Shown one piece after another: positions 41,601 to 50,074 of a stretch of DNA of 64,000 bases. The notes under the pieces were generated by a model. The model saw only the letters and a list, made by a program, of their open reading frames with translations, was not told the origin of the DNA and did no database searches. The stretch covers positions 292,168-356,167 of the forward strand of contig CBDBZY010000003.1 in NCBI GenBank assembly GCA_965213685.1. Direction: 5' to 3'. Each line of letters starts with the position of its first letter. Position 1 is the first letter of the stretch. Position numbers and translations under genes: made by a program. This DNA is from a bacterium (GTDB lineage Bacteria; UBA8248).

Positions 41601-43299
41601 CGATGTGGAGGTTTTTCTCGGCGAGAGCCTTGCCCATCTCCTCCACCTGTCCTTGGAGGAGCGCCTGTGCGGTTTTGAGGCGCGCGACCTGCTCGTCCCT
41701 CTCGCTGGCGAGTTGCAGGTTGCGGGCGTTTGATTTTTCCAGCCCTTCGCGCGTGATGCGCTCCGCTGCGAGCGCCTCCCGGCTTTGCTGGAGGGATTGG
41801 GCGATTTTCAGGTTTGTGGCCTTTTCCCGTTCGATGTGCAGGTTCTTCTCGGCGAGAGCCTTGTCCATCTCCTCCACCTGCCCCTGGAGGAGCGCCTGTG
41901 ATTTTTCGAGCCCCTCGCGGGTCATGCGCTCTGCAGCGAGCGCCGCCCGGCTTTGCTCGAGAGATTGGGCGATTTTCAGGCTGGTGGCTTTTTCGCGTTC
42001 GATGTGGAGGTTTTTCTCGGCGAGGGTCTTCCCCATCTCCTCAATCTGCCCCTGGAGGAGCGCCTGCGCTTTTTTGAGGCGTGTGACCTGCTCGTCCCTC
42101 TCGCTGGCGAGTTTCAGGTTGCGGTCGTTTGATTTTTCGAGTCCCTCGCGGGTCATGCGCTCTGCAGCGAGCGCCTTGTCCATCTCCTCCACCTGCCCCT
42201 GGAGAAGCGCCTGTGATTTTTCCAGTCCCTCGCGGGTCATGCGCTCCGCTGCGAGCGCCTCCCGGCTTTGCTCGAGGGATTGTGCGATTTTCAGGCTAGT
42301 GGCCTTTTCGCGCTCGATGTGCAGGTTTTTCTCGGCGAGAGCCTTGCCCATCTCCTCCACCTGCCCCTGGAGAAGCGCCTGTGCGGTTTTGAGGTGCGCG
42401 ACCTGCTCGTCCCTCTCGCTGGCGATTTTTAGGCTAGTGGCTTTTTCGCGTTCGATGTGGAGGTTTTTCTCGGCGAGAGCCTTTCCCATCTCCTCCACCT
42501 GTCCCTGGAGGAGTGCCTGTGATTTTTCCAGTCCCTCGCGGGTCATGCGCTCTGCAGCGAGCGCCGCCCGGCTTTGCTCGAGAGATTGTGCGATTTTCAG
42601 GCTGGTGGCCTTTTCGCGTTCGATGTGCAGGTTTTTCTCAGCGAGGGTCTTGCCCATCTCCTCCACCTGCCCCTGGAGGAGCGCCTGCGCTTTTTTGAGC
42701 TGCGCGACCTGCTCGTCCCGCTCGCTGGAGATTTTCTCGCTAGTGGCCTTTTCGCGTTCGATGTGAAGGTTCTTCTCTGCGAGCGCCTTGTCCATCTCCT
42801 CCACCTGCCCCTGGAGAAGCGCCTGCGCGGTTTTGAGGCGCGCGACCTGCTCGTCCCTCTCGCTGGCGATTTTCAGGCTGGTGGCCTTTTCGCGCTCGAT
42901 GTGCAGGTTTTTCTCGGCAAGAGCCTTTCCCATCTCCTCCACCTGTCCCTGGAGAAGCGCCTGTGCGGTTTTGAGGCGCGCGACCTGCTCATCTCTCTCG
43001 CTGGCGAGTTGGAGGTTGCGGGCGTTTGATTTTTCCAGCCCCTCGCGCGTCATGCGCTCCGCTGCGCGCAGGGAGCGCGCGCGGGTTTCCGCCTGTTCGA
43101 GTCGGGAGCGCAACTCCCTCGCCCGCCCCTCCAGGGTTTCGGCGCGGCGGGAGACCTCCCGCAGCCTGATGGAGTGCGCCGCGAGCTCGACCTCTCGTTT
43201 TTCCAGTGAACTCTTTGCCACGTGGGATTGCTGGGCGAGGTATCCCGTTCCGCCGAGAAGCGCAGCGATAATCGCCCCTATAGAGATGCGAACGCCCAA
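38632..43299 (-). CDS. Giant membrane-anchored coiled-coil protein with C-terminal OmpA/MotB peptidoglycan-binding domain (1555 aa)
   Basis: N-terminal hydrophobic helix; ~1270 aa repeats; C-terminal LLFDSGSA..IRIEGHTDN..NWELSSARA..NDTEEERAKNRR. Confidence 0.9.
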   Translation of the reverse strand: MGVRISIGAIIAALLGGTGYLAQQSHVAKSSLEKREVELAAHSIRLREVSRRAETLEGRARELRSRLEQAETRARSLRAAERMTREGLEKSNARNLQLASERDEQVARLKTAQALLQGQVEEMGKALAEKNLHIEREKATSLKIASERDEQVARLKTAQALLQGQVEEMDKALAEKNLHIEREKATSEKISSERDEQVAQLKKAQALLQGQVEEMGKTLAEKNLHIEREKATSLKIAQSLEQSRAALAAERMTREGLEKSQALLQGQVEEMGKALAEKNLHIEREKATSLKIASERDEQVAHLKTAQALLQGQVEEMGKALAEKNLHIEREKATSLKIAQSLEQSREALAAERMTREGLEKSQALLQGQVEEMDKALAAERMTREGLEKSNDRNLKLASERDEQVTRLKKAQALLQGQIEEMGKTLAEKNLHIEREKATSLKIAQSLEQSRAALAAERMTREGLEKSQALLQGQVEEMDKALAEKNLHIEREKATNLKIAQSLQQSREALAAERITREGLEKSNARNLQLASERDEQVARLKTAQALLQGQVEEMGKALAEKNLHIEREKATSLKIASERDEQVARLKTAQTLLQGQVEEMGKALAEKNLHIEREKATNLKIAQSLQQSREALAAERITREGLEKSQALLQGQVEEMGKALAEKNLHIEREKATSLKIAQSLEQSRAALAAERITREGLEKSQALLQGQVEEMGKALAEKNLHIEREKATSLKIAQSLKQSRAALAAERMTREGLEKSNARNLQLASERDEQVARLKKAQALLRGQVQEMDKALAEKNLHIEREKATSLKIAQSLEQSREALAAERMTREGLEKSQALLRGQVQEMDKALAEKNLHIEREKATSLKIAQSLEQSREALAAERMTREGLEKSQALLQGQVEEMDKALAEKNLHIEREKATSLKIAQSLKQSRAALAAERMTREGLEKSQALLQGQVEEMDKALAEKNLHIEREKATSLKIAQSLEQSRAALAAERMTREGLEKSQALLQGQVEEMDKALAEKNLHIEREKATSLKIAQSLEQSRAALAAERMTREGLEKSNARNLKLASERDEQVTRLKTAQALLQGQVEEMDKALAEKNLHIEREKATNLKIAQSLEQSRAALATERMTREGLEKSQTLLQGQVEEMGKALAEKNLHIEREKATSLKIAQSLEQSRAALAAERMTREGLEKSQALLQGQVEEMDKALAEKNLHIEREKATSEKIAQSLEQSRAALAAERTTREGLEKSQALLQGQVEEMDKALAEKNLHIEREKATSEKIAQSLEQSREVLAAERTTREGLEKSNARNLQLASERDEQVAQLKKAQALLQGQVEEMGKLLAEKTSVADFMKTKLHQTSSNLAEAIKKQALAIARSKILEKKARQEAERARRLEEDMEAVNTQLKKQLVTLQQTEDRLRVSIVSSLLFDSGSADIRPKGIETLARIAEFLQTQTDKEIRIEGHTDNKPIRGNLLSRYPTNWELSSARALAVVKFLESRNISPRRLSAAAHSFHRPAASNDTEEERAKNRRIVILLQKLAPQERDGFSPSEAVGAAR
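39270..43065 (-). repeat. Modular coding tandem repeat (168-, 138- and 231-bp units)
   Basis: 20 full copies of QALLQGQVEEM.KALAEKNLHIEREKATSLKIA interleaved with three other modules; 168-bp spacing seen at 40441/40609. Confidence 0.95.
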
Positions 43300-43466
43300 G
43301 ACTATTCCCCTGTCAGAGCGTTTTCACGTGTTTTGTCAGTCATGGCAGGATGATAGTCCCCATTTTCGGGAAAACGGAACCGGGGCGCCGCCGCCGCGTC
43401 GCGGCGATGGCGCAACCGGGTCCGCATCCGCAACCCTCTGGCCGTTTTTCCTGGGGGGAGTGTCGC

Positions 43467-44177
43467 TCAATCGCGCGAGGCTCCCAGCAGCTGGGTCAGG
43501 TAAATGAACATCATGATGAAGTCGAGGTAGAGCTCCAGTGCCGCCATGATGGAGGCGCGCCTGCCCGTTTCGTTGTCCGTGTCCTGGGTGTATGCGTATT
43601 CCTTCATCTTCTGGGTGTCATAGGCCGTCAGACCCGCGAAGATGAGAACGCCCAGAACGCTGATGGCGAAATGAACGGCGGAGCTGGCTGCGAAAATGTT
43701 GACGATGCTGGCGAGTATGATGCCGATGAGGCCCACCATGCAGAAATTGCCCACCCCGGAGAGGTCCTTCTTCGTGGCGAAAGCAAAGAGCGTCAATCCG
43801 CCAAACGCGCCGCCGGTCACGAAAAACGCCTGGGCGACGGACGTGAGCGTATAGCGGAGGAGGAGGGTCGAGACGGTGACCCCCAGCGTGGCGCTGTAGA
43901 GCACGAACAGGATGGCGCCCGCCTGCCAGCCCTGGCTGCGCATGACGGGCCGGATGGAGAACACCAGCGCGAGCTGCACGCCGATGACCAGAAATACCGA
44001 AATGGAGCTTCCAAAGATGAATGAAATGGCGGCAGGACTGGACGCGACGTAGAACGCGCTGAGGCCCGTGACGAAGAGCCCGAGCGTCATCCATCCGTAG
44101 ACGCGCTGCATGAATGCGGCGGCGTCTTGTGCGATGACACGTTGTCCGGTCGAGCGAGTGAAATCTTGAGAGCGCAT
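43467..44177 (-). CDS. Bax inhibitor-1/YccA family membrane protein
   Basis: FMQRVYGWM, TKKDLS, GLTAYDTQKMK, ALELYLDF. Confidence 0.93.
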   Translation of the reverse strand: MRSQDFTRSTGQRVIAQDAAAFMQRVYGWMTLGLFVTGLSAFYVASSPAAISFIFGSSISVFLVIGVQLALVFSIRPVMRSQGWQAGAILFVLYSATLGVTVSTLLLRYTLTSVAQAFFVTGGAFGGLTLFAFATKKDLSGVGNFCMVGLIGIILASIVNIFAASSAVHFAISVLGVLIFAGLTAYDTQKMKEYAYTQDTDNETGRRASIMAALELYLDFIMMFIYLTQLLGASRD

Positions 44178-44414
44178 TTCGGAGTTCCTCCCACGGAATC
44201 TGAGCATTTCGCCTCACCGCCGCGCGCACGAGGCGACGAGGGGCATCCACAAAAAAGTCTCCCGCTTGATACCCCGCCTGCACGGGAATATCAACAGCGC
44301 ATCGACATTATATCCATCTGGCGGATATTTTCCTACCCTCTGCGAGCCCGGTTCTCCTGACGCTCTCCGGGATGTTCGCGGGAGACGATGGCCATATCCC
44401 CGGGGGGTTGCGTG

Positions 44415-44442
44415 TTGACATGATGGTAAGGCTCCATATAAT
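44415..44442 (+). promoter_or_regulatory. Sigma70 promoter of the MarR-LLM unit
   Basis: TTGACA-N16-TATAAT, both boxes consensus. Confidence 0.7.
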
Positions 44443-44475
44443 TAGGCCGCCATAACACCATGCCGGAGAGCTATC

Positions 44476-45075
44476 GTGTTCTACATGAAAGAGCTGCCCA
44501 GCGAAGAGGATTTTCGCCCCCTCGTGCCGGAGTATTCCTCCCTGGACACCGCCTCCGTCATTCTTTTTTATCTTTTCCTGCAGGTCGGCAGCGATACGCT
44601 CACCGCCTTTGAAACGTATCTGGCCGATCATGGCGTGTCGCAGGGCAGGTTTATCGTTCTCCTGTTGTTGCTGCGCTCGCAGGCCCGGAACAATGGCTCG
44701 GGCCTCAGCCCGTCGGAGCTGGCGCGGCAGGCGGGCGTGACGCGCGCGACGATGACGGGGCTGCTCGACGGCCTCCAGCGCGACGGCCTCATCGGACGCC
44801 TGCGCCACCCTGCCGACAGAAGAAGGGTCGTCGTGCGCCTGACGTCGAAGGGGGAGGAGACCCTCCACTCCATTTTCCCCGACTATTACGCGCGCATCTC
44901 GGAGTTGATGAACGATCTGGAGGACGAGGAGAAGGAGAAGTTCTCCATACTGCTCCGGAAGGTGAAAAGTAAGATGTCTTCGCTGAAACAGGCGTCGGGC
45001 CACGATGCGGGAGGAGGCGACATATCCTGCCCGGACACGCCCGAAAGGCCAATACCCGTTGCGGAAGGAGAATGA
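44476..45075 (+). CDS. MarR-family transcriptional regulator
   Basis: GVSQGRF.VL, SPSELA...GVTRATMTGLLDGL.RDGLI.R..HP.DRR...VRLT.KG. Confidence 0.93.
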   Translation: MFYMKELPSEEDFRPLVPEYSSLDTASVILFYLFLQVGSDTLTAFETYLADHGVSQGRFIVLLLLLRSQARNNGSGLSPSELARQAGVTRATMTGLLDGLQRDGLIGRLRHPADRRRVVVRLTSKGEETLHSIFPDYYARISELMNDLEDEEKEKFSILLRKVKSKMSSLKQASGHDAGGGDISCPDTPERPIPVAEGE

Positions 45076-45079
45076 GACG

Positions 45080-46328
45080 ATGGCGAAACCCAAGGTGATC
45101 ATTCCAGCTCTACCCCATGTTGCCGACGGATAGCCGGGAGGAGCGCGAGCGCAGGAGGCCCCTGGCCAGGGGACAGGGATTTATATCATCACGTCCTCCA
45201 CGAATGGCTCGACATCGTGAAAGCGGCGGATGAGATGGGCGTATGGGGCATCAGCACGATTTGAGCACCATCTGCATTCGGAGGGGTATGAGGTGGGGCC
45301 CAACCCGGGGGTTGCTGAACGCATGGTGGGCCGCCCAAATCAAAAACGCGCGGGTGGGTGCCCTGGGGTACGTGATGGCGACGCAGGACCCCGTCCGCGT
45401 GGCCGAGGAGACGGCCATACTCGACCACATCACCAAGGGCAGGTTCTTCTGCGGCGTGGCGCGGGGCTATCAGTCCAGGTGGGCGAATGTCCTGGGCCAG
45501 TTCAGCGACACCCGCGCCACCGTTTCCTCGGACTTAGGGGGCAGCGATGACGTAAAGAATCGGGACATCTTCGAGGAGCGCGTCGAGATGCTCCTCAAGT
45601 TCTGGCAGGAAGATTCCGTGGAGGTGAAAGGGGATTATTACGAGGTTCCCTACCCGTATGCGGCGGGCATCGACTATCCGGCCTGGAAGAGCGCCCGGGA
45701 TGCGGGCGCCATCGGCGAGATCGGCGATGACAATCGGGTGCGGAGGGTGAGCGTCGTGCCCAAGCCCTACCAGGCGCCGTATCCGCCCATGTTCCAGGCC
45801 GTGAGCGCGAGCCCGGATTCCATCAAATTCGCGGCGCGGCACGGATTCCGGCCCGTATATTTCACCAAACTGGAAAAGATGGAGGAATTCTCCCATCTCT
45901 ACGTGGAGGAGGCGGCCAGGGCGGGCCACAATTTTGCGCACGGGGAGCGGCAGTGCGTCTGCCGGTGGATTCACGTCTCGGATTCCGCGGAGGAGTACGA
46001 CGAGAAGCTGCGAAGATATGACCAGGACATTTACCAGAATTTCTACGTCCCCTTCTTTCCCCAGTTTCCGGATGACACCGAGAGCATCGACTGGATAGCC
46101 AACATCAAGGAGAGCGGAATCTTCCTCGGGGGCACGGTGGACACGCTCAAGCGGGAATGGGAGGAGACGTACGAGAAGGTGCCCTCCGAGTTCATCACCC
46201 TGATCTGGCACTACGCGCAATGCCCCAAGGAGGAGGTCATCTACGAGCTGGAGACGTTCATGACGAAGGTGTGGCCCGACCTGGAATGCCCGGTGTCGAA
46301 CGGTGTCACCGTCGGCGGGGTGGCTTGA
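45080..46328 (+). CDS. LLM-class flavin-dependent oxidoreductase (5' part with several apparent indels)
   Basis: KAADEMG, EHHLHSEG, DPVRVAEETAILDHITKGRF..GVARGYQ.RW, VVPKPYQ.P.PP; indels clustered at ~45100-45310. Confidence 0.88.
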
Positions 46329-46497
46329 TGCCCCCTGTGCCGTGGCGGCGGAGGGAGAAAGTTGCGATCGCGCGGGGCGTGGCAACGCCGCCGCAGAAGG
46401 CGCGGAAAGCCTGATATCCTCTGCGCTGTCGCGGAGGGGGAAGGTCCTCCGCGTCCGGTGTCCGAGGGCTTCGCGAGTCATTCTGGAGGAGATGCGC

Positions 46498-47211
46498 ATG
46501 TATGAGATTGTCGATCTGAGCCAGGAGATTTATACCGACGCGCCCAGGTTTCCGGGGCATCCGGCAACGAAGATAGAGTACGTCGCCAGGCACGAGGATG
46601 CGGCGAACGCGCCGATCCGGCCCAAGGACATCACGTATGCGGCCATGATGCTCCACATGTGCGACCACGGGCCGACGCACACGGATTCGGTCAGCCACAT
46701 TGATGAGCGAGAAACCGCGCCGAACATCGATCAGGCGCCGCTCGAGTGGTTCATCACCCGGGCGATCGCGCTGGATTTCACGGGCAAGGTCGGGCCGATG
46801 GAGGAGGTCTCGCTGGCGTTGCTGGAGGATGGGCTTTCGGCGGCGAACCTCACGCCTCCCAGAGACGGGACGTTCCTCTTCACGGGCGGGCACTTTCGGC
46901 GCACCTATCCGGGCGACGATTACCTCACGACGTATCCGGGCCTGGGGCATGACGCCGCGAATTTCCTGTATCGCGAATGCGGCGTCGTGAACATTGGCCA
47001 GGACGCACCCAGCATCGACGCCGGCGTGAACACCACGGCGATGACGTTTCCCTGCCACGTGCTCTGCCGCGAGTTGCAGCGCCATAACACGGAGAACCTG
47101 GCGAACGTCGAGGCGGTGGCGGGCAAGGAGTTTCTCTACGTGGGCCTTCCCCTGAAAATCCGCGCGGGCACGGGCTCTCCCGTCCGGGCCGTCGCCGTGA
47201 TGAACCTTTAG
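46498..47211 (+). CDS. Cyclase/kynurenine-formamidase-family metallohydrolase
   Basis: VDLSQEI, HGPTHTDSVSH (HxGTHxD variant), ENLAN, PLKIRAGTGSPVRAVA. Confidence 0.9.
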   Translation: MYEIVDLSQEIYTDAPRFPGHPATKIEYVARHEDAANAPIRPKDITYAAMMLHMCDHGPTHTDSVSHIDERETAPNIDQAPLEWFITRAIALDFTGKVGPMEEVSLALLEDGLSAANLTPPRDGTFLFTGGHFRRTYPGDDYLTTYPGLGHDAANFLYRECGVVNIGQDAPSIDAGVNTTAMTFPCHVLCRELQRHNTENLANVEAVAGKEFLYVGLPLKIRAGTGSPVRAVAVMNL

Positions 47212-47362
47212 AGGTGAGAGCAGAGGGCGCGCGGACGGCCAGCCGGGAGAGCGGGAGAGAGATAGTGGGGGCCATCTTCCGGGTCCCGGGTCGTTTTTGT
47301 CGCCTCCGCCGTGGTTGCGCGGTTGCGGGGGTTTCTCGTTGCATGGGGAGGGAGTTCCGGAA

Positions 47363-47713
47363 ATGTCGAGGCTAGTGGAATGGTATTACCACCGCTCCGG
47401 CTGAAAGACCTGCGCCAAAACGCAAGCGTTTCTTGCGTCAAGGGGGGTGGAGGTGGCCGAGCGGGTCAGCGCCCAGAAAGATACGGTGCGCGAAGAGGGG
47501 GTGGACGCCGTTCTGGATGGCGTGACGGACGTGTATTCGACCAGGGGCCGGAAGGTGCTGCACGTGGACCTCGAAACGGAAAAGCCTGCGCGGGAGGAGG
47601 TGCTGGCGCTTTTGCTGGGCCGCTCGGGCGCGCTCCGGGCGCCGGTCGTCAAGTGTCGGAACACCCTTGTCGTGGGCTTTCATGAGGAAACATACGCCCG
47701 GGTCCTGGGGTGA
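47363..47713 (+). CDS. ArsC-family (seleno)protein with UxxC motif; in-frame UGA at 47402-47404 read as Sec
   Basis: MSRLVEWYYHRSG-U-KTCAKTQAFL continues in frame into ORF 47447-47713 (LLGRSGALRAPV...LVVGF); GGAG RBS upstream; SECIS-like hairpin downstream of the UGA. Confidence 0.88.
47420..47438 (+). promoter_or_regulatory. Bacterial SECIS-like hairpin of the ArsC-family gene
   Basis: ACGCAAG-CGTTT-CTTGCGT perfect 7-bp stem; G at loop position 2; 22 nt between UGA and loop. Confidence 0.75.
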
Positions 47714-47729
47714 GGTGCCTCGGGACGCC

Positions 47730-49265
47730 TTAGAGGGCCAACTGGCCCCGGGTGGGTTCCGCTCAGCAAAACCAGGATTCGCTCAAACGCGGCGGACGGA
47801 CGCGCTCGGAGGGGAAGACGCCCTTGGGCTTGCTCTGGGCGGGCCGCTCCAGGATGTCGGCCGCCAGCCGGCGCAGTCGGAGGAAGGTGACGGCCGCGTC
47901 CTCCCGGCGGGCCGCCGCATCCTCGACGAGGAGAAGCGCCTCCTCGTGCAGCCTGTCCATCCTAGGGTCCGGGTGCTCCCAGCGATACATGAAATTCTCG
48001 GGGTCCAGCGCCCGAACGTGCTTGCGCATGTGGGCGGATTCGAGGAGGCAGGAGCCCGGGGGCACCAGGAGCCGGATGGCCATTTGGATGGGGTCGACCT
48101 CGTCGATCAGGGCGTGCTCCTCGATAAAGTCCAGCAGGTCGAAATAATCCTGGGGGCTTGTCCACGGCGTGAACGCCACGAGGGAGGGCCGAATCGAGAC
48201 GCGGGCCTCCCGCGCCGCTCTCACGAGGCGAACTACATCCTCTTTAACGTGCCCCTTGTCCAGATGCCCGAGCACGCGGTTGCTCAGGGATTCGACGGCG
48301 GTTACGAAAAACGCGCACCCGTTTTCCCGGAATTGGGGCAGAAGCGCCTCATGCCGGACGAGGTGGGCCACCTTGGCGGTGAAATCGAAGGTGATCGAGG
48401 GAAACCTCTCGTGCAGGGCGCGCGTGAGCCGAACCGCATGGGTGGGTCCGTTCAGGAAATCCGGGTCCGCAAAACTGATGTGGCGCGCCCCGCGCGCGAC
48501 CAAATCCGCAATGTCCTCCAGCACCCGTTCTCGCGGCACGACAAAAAAACGGCCCCCGTACACAGGGGGAATGGGGCAGTGGAGGCACAGGTGCTTGCAG
48601 CCTCGGCTCGCCTCGACCGCTCCTGCGGGGTAGCGCTCCCCCCCCTTGACGAGGTGGGCGTATGCGCGCACCTCCGGCAAGCCGTCTCGCGCGGGCTTGC
48701 GCAGGGGAATTTTTTCGAGATACGGGCCGGACGCGCGCCCTCGCGTGGCCGCCCCCGGGACTTCCGCGGCGTCGGAGCGGGATAGCCCCTCGATGAGCTG
48801 CAGAAGAGGCCATTCAAACTCGCCGCCGATGGCCGAATCCGCGCCGTTTTCGAGGAGGTAGTCCTTGTTGAGCAGGGCGTAGAGGCCGTAGAAACAGATG
48901 TGACTCCCCGGGTTGGTTTCGCGCACCCTCGCCGCCACCTCCACGCCGAGCCGGAGGGCTGTGTGCATCGGCACGCTGATGCCGACGAACTTCGCGCGGG
49001 AGGCTTTGGCCGCGCAGAAATCCTCCGCCGCCACGTCCATCGCCAGGGGCTGAAAGCCCGCCTCGCGCAAAAAGGCGAGGGGAGAGGCGACGGCCAGCGG
49101 CTGGCGCCCCAGCTCGTAGCAGGAGATGAGGAGGACGGCTCCGGGTGCTTTCCACTCGGCTGTCCGACTCGCCTGGTTCCGAATCAACGTCCTCGCTTCC
49201 TCACGGAAAAAGCCCCGGGCGCGCGATGCCCGGGGCTTCTGGGGTATATGGCCCGCATCCGTCAT
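47730..49265 (-). CDS. CUAEP-tail B12-binding radical SAM (seleno)protein; in-frame UGA at 47763-47765 read as Sec
   Basis: CKHLCLHC (CxxxCxxC); N-terminal cobalamin-binding-like domain; reading through UGA gives ESWFC-U-AEPTRGQLAL-TAA. Confidence 0.9.
47734..47749 (-). promoter_or_regulatory. Bacterial SECIS-like hairpin of the radical SAM gene
   Basis: Minus strand GGGGCC-AGTT-GGCCCT; G at loop position 2; 19 nt between UGA and loop. Confidence 0.7.
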
Positions 49266-49645
49266 GTGGTGAAAGATTTGCCGCAGCCGCACATGCTCAT
49301 CGCGTTGGGGTTGTTGATCTTGAAGCCCGAGCCCTGGAGGGAATCGACGAAGTCGATCTCCGTTCCCGCGATGACGGGGTAGCTATGCGGGTCCACGAAC
49401 ACGTCAAATCCGTCGGCGGGGAATATTTTGTCCTCCGGGTTGGCCGATTCCTCGAAATACAGGCCGTAGTTGTAGCCGGAGCACCCGCCGGCCGTGACGG
49501 CCAGGCGCAGTCCGTGGCCGGTTTTGCCTTCGGCCTCGAGGATCTCCGCCACTTTCCCGCTGGCGCGCCGGGTGACCGCGATGCCCTCCTGAACTTTCGG
49601 CTTGCCCTGCGATTGATCGAACAAATTGATCGTTCCATCCGACAT
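49262..49645 (-). CDS. HesB/IscA/ErpA-family A-type Fe-S carrier
   Basis: LRLAV.AGGCSG..Y, GTEIDFVDSL.GSGF.INNPNA...CGCGKSF. Confidence 0.95.
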   Translation of the reverse strand: MSDGTINLFDQSQGKPKVQEGIAVTRRASGKVAEILEAEGKTGHGLRLAVTAGGCSGYNYGLYFEESANPEDKIFPADGFDVFVDPHSYPVIAGTEIDFVDSLQGSGFKINNPNAMSMCGCGKSFTT

Positions 49646-49946
49646 CGGTTGTTTCTCCTTACGTTACGTGACGCTGAGTCGGGACCACCGAATGGCACCC
49701 TGCCATATTCCCTTACAAACATCAAACCATCAACCTATTAAAAACCGTTTTGGATCTTACTGATCCCGATGCTACCCCCCCTTCGTGCTGTCTGTAAAGC
49801 ATCGCCGCCTCCCGGCCGCCGGGAATGCGGGCGCCGGGCGCATGCGCGGGGGGATGCCTCCGCTGTTTTTCGCATCACCCGCGTGGACGAGGGGTGGCGC
49901 GTCCGGGGATGTTATATGCGTTATATGTATTTTCACAATAAAAAAA

Positions 49947-49976
49947 CTTGACAAAAACAAACTAAGATAATATATT
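49947..49976 (+). promoter_or_regulatory. Sigma70 promoter of clpB overlapped by a HAIR-like (HspR) inverted repeat
   Basis: TTGACA(49948)-N17-TATATT(49971); CTTGACA-N7-ACTAAG at 49947-49966 resembles CTTGAGT-N7-ACTCAAG. Confidence 0.65.
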
Positions 49977-50074
49977 CCTCTTGTGCCAAGGCCCCGGCCG
50001 CCTTCTGCATATGGCATGAATGAGGCTGACGGCGCGGGTTTTCGCCAACGGACGGAAGATCGGAGCGTATTCTT

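Noticed and set aside
45100-45310. TGA in ATTTGAGCAC of the LLM gene as another Sec codon
   Set aside because: It arises from an extra T before the conserved EHH motif amid several other indels; it is not a Cys-aligned position.
49262-49645. HesB-like selenoprotein
   Set aside because: All three conserved ligands are ordinary Cys codons with no in-frame UGA.
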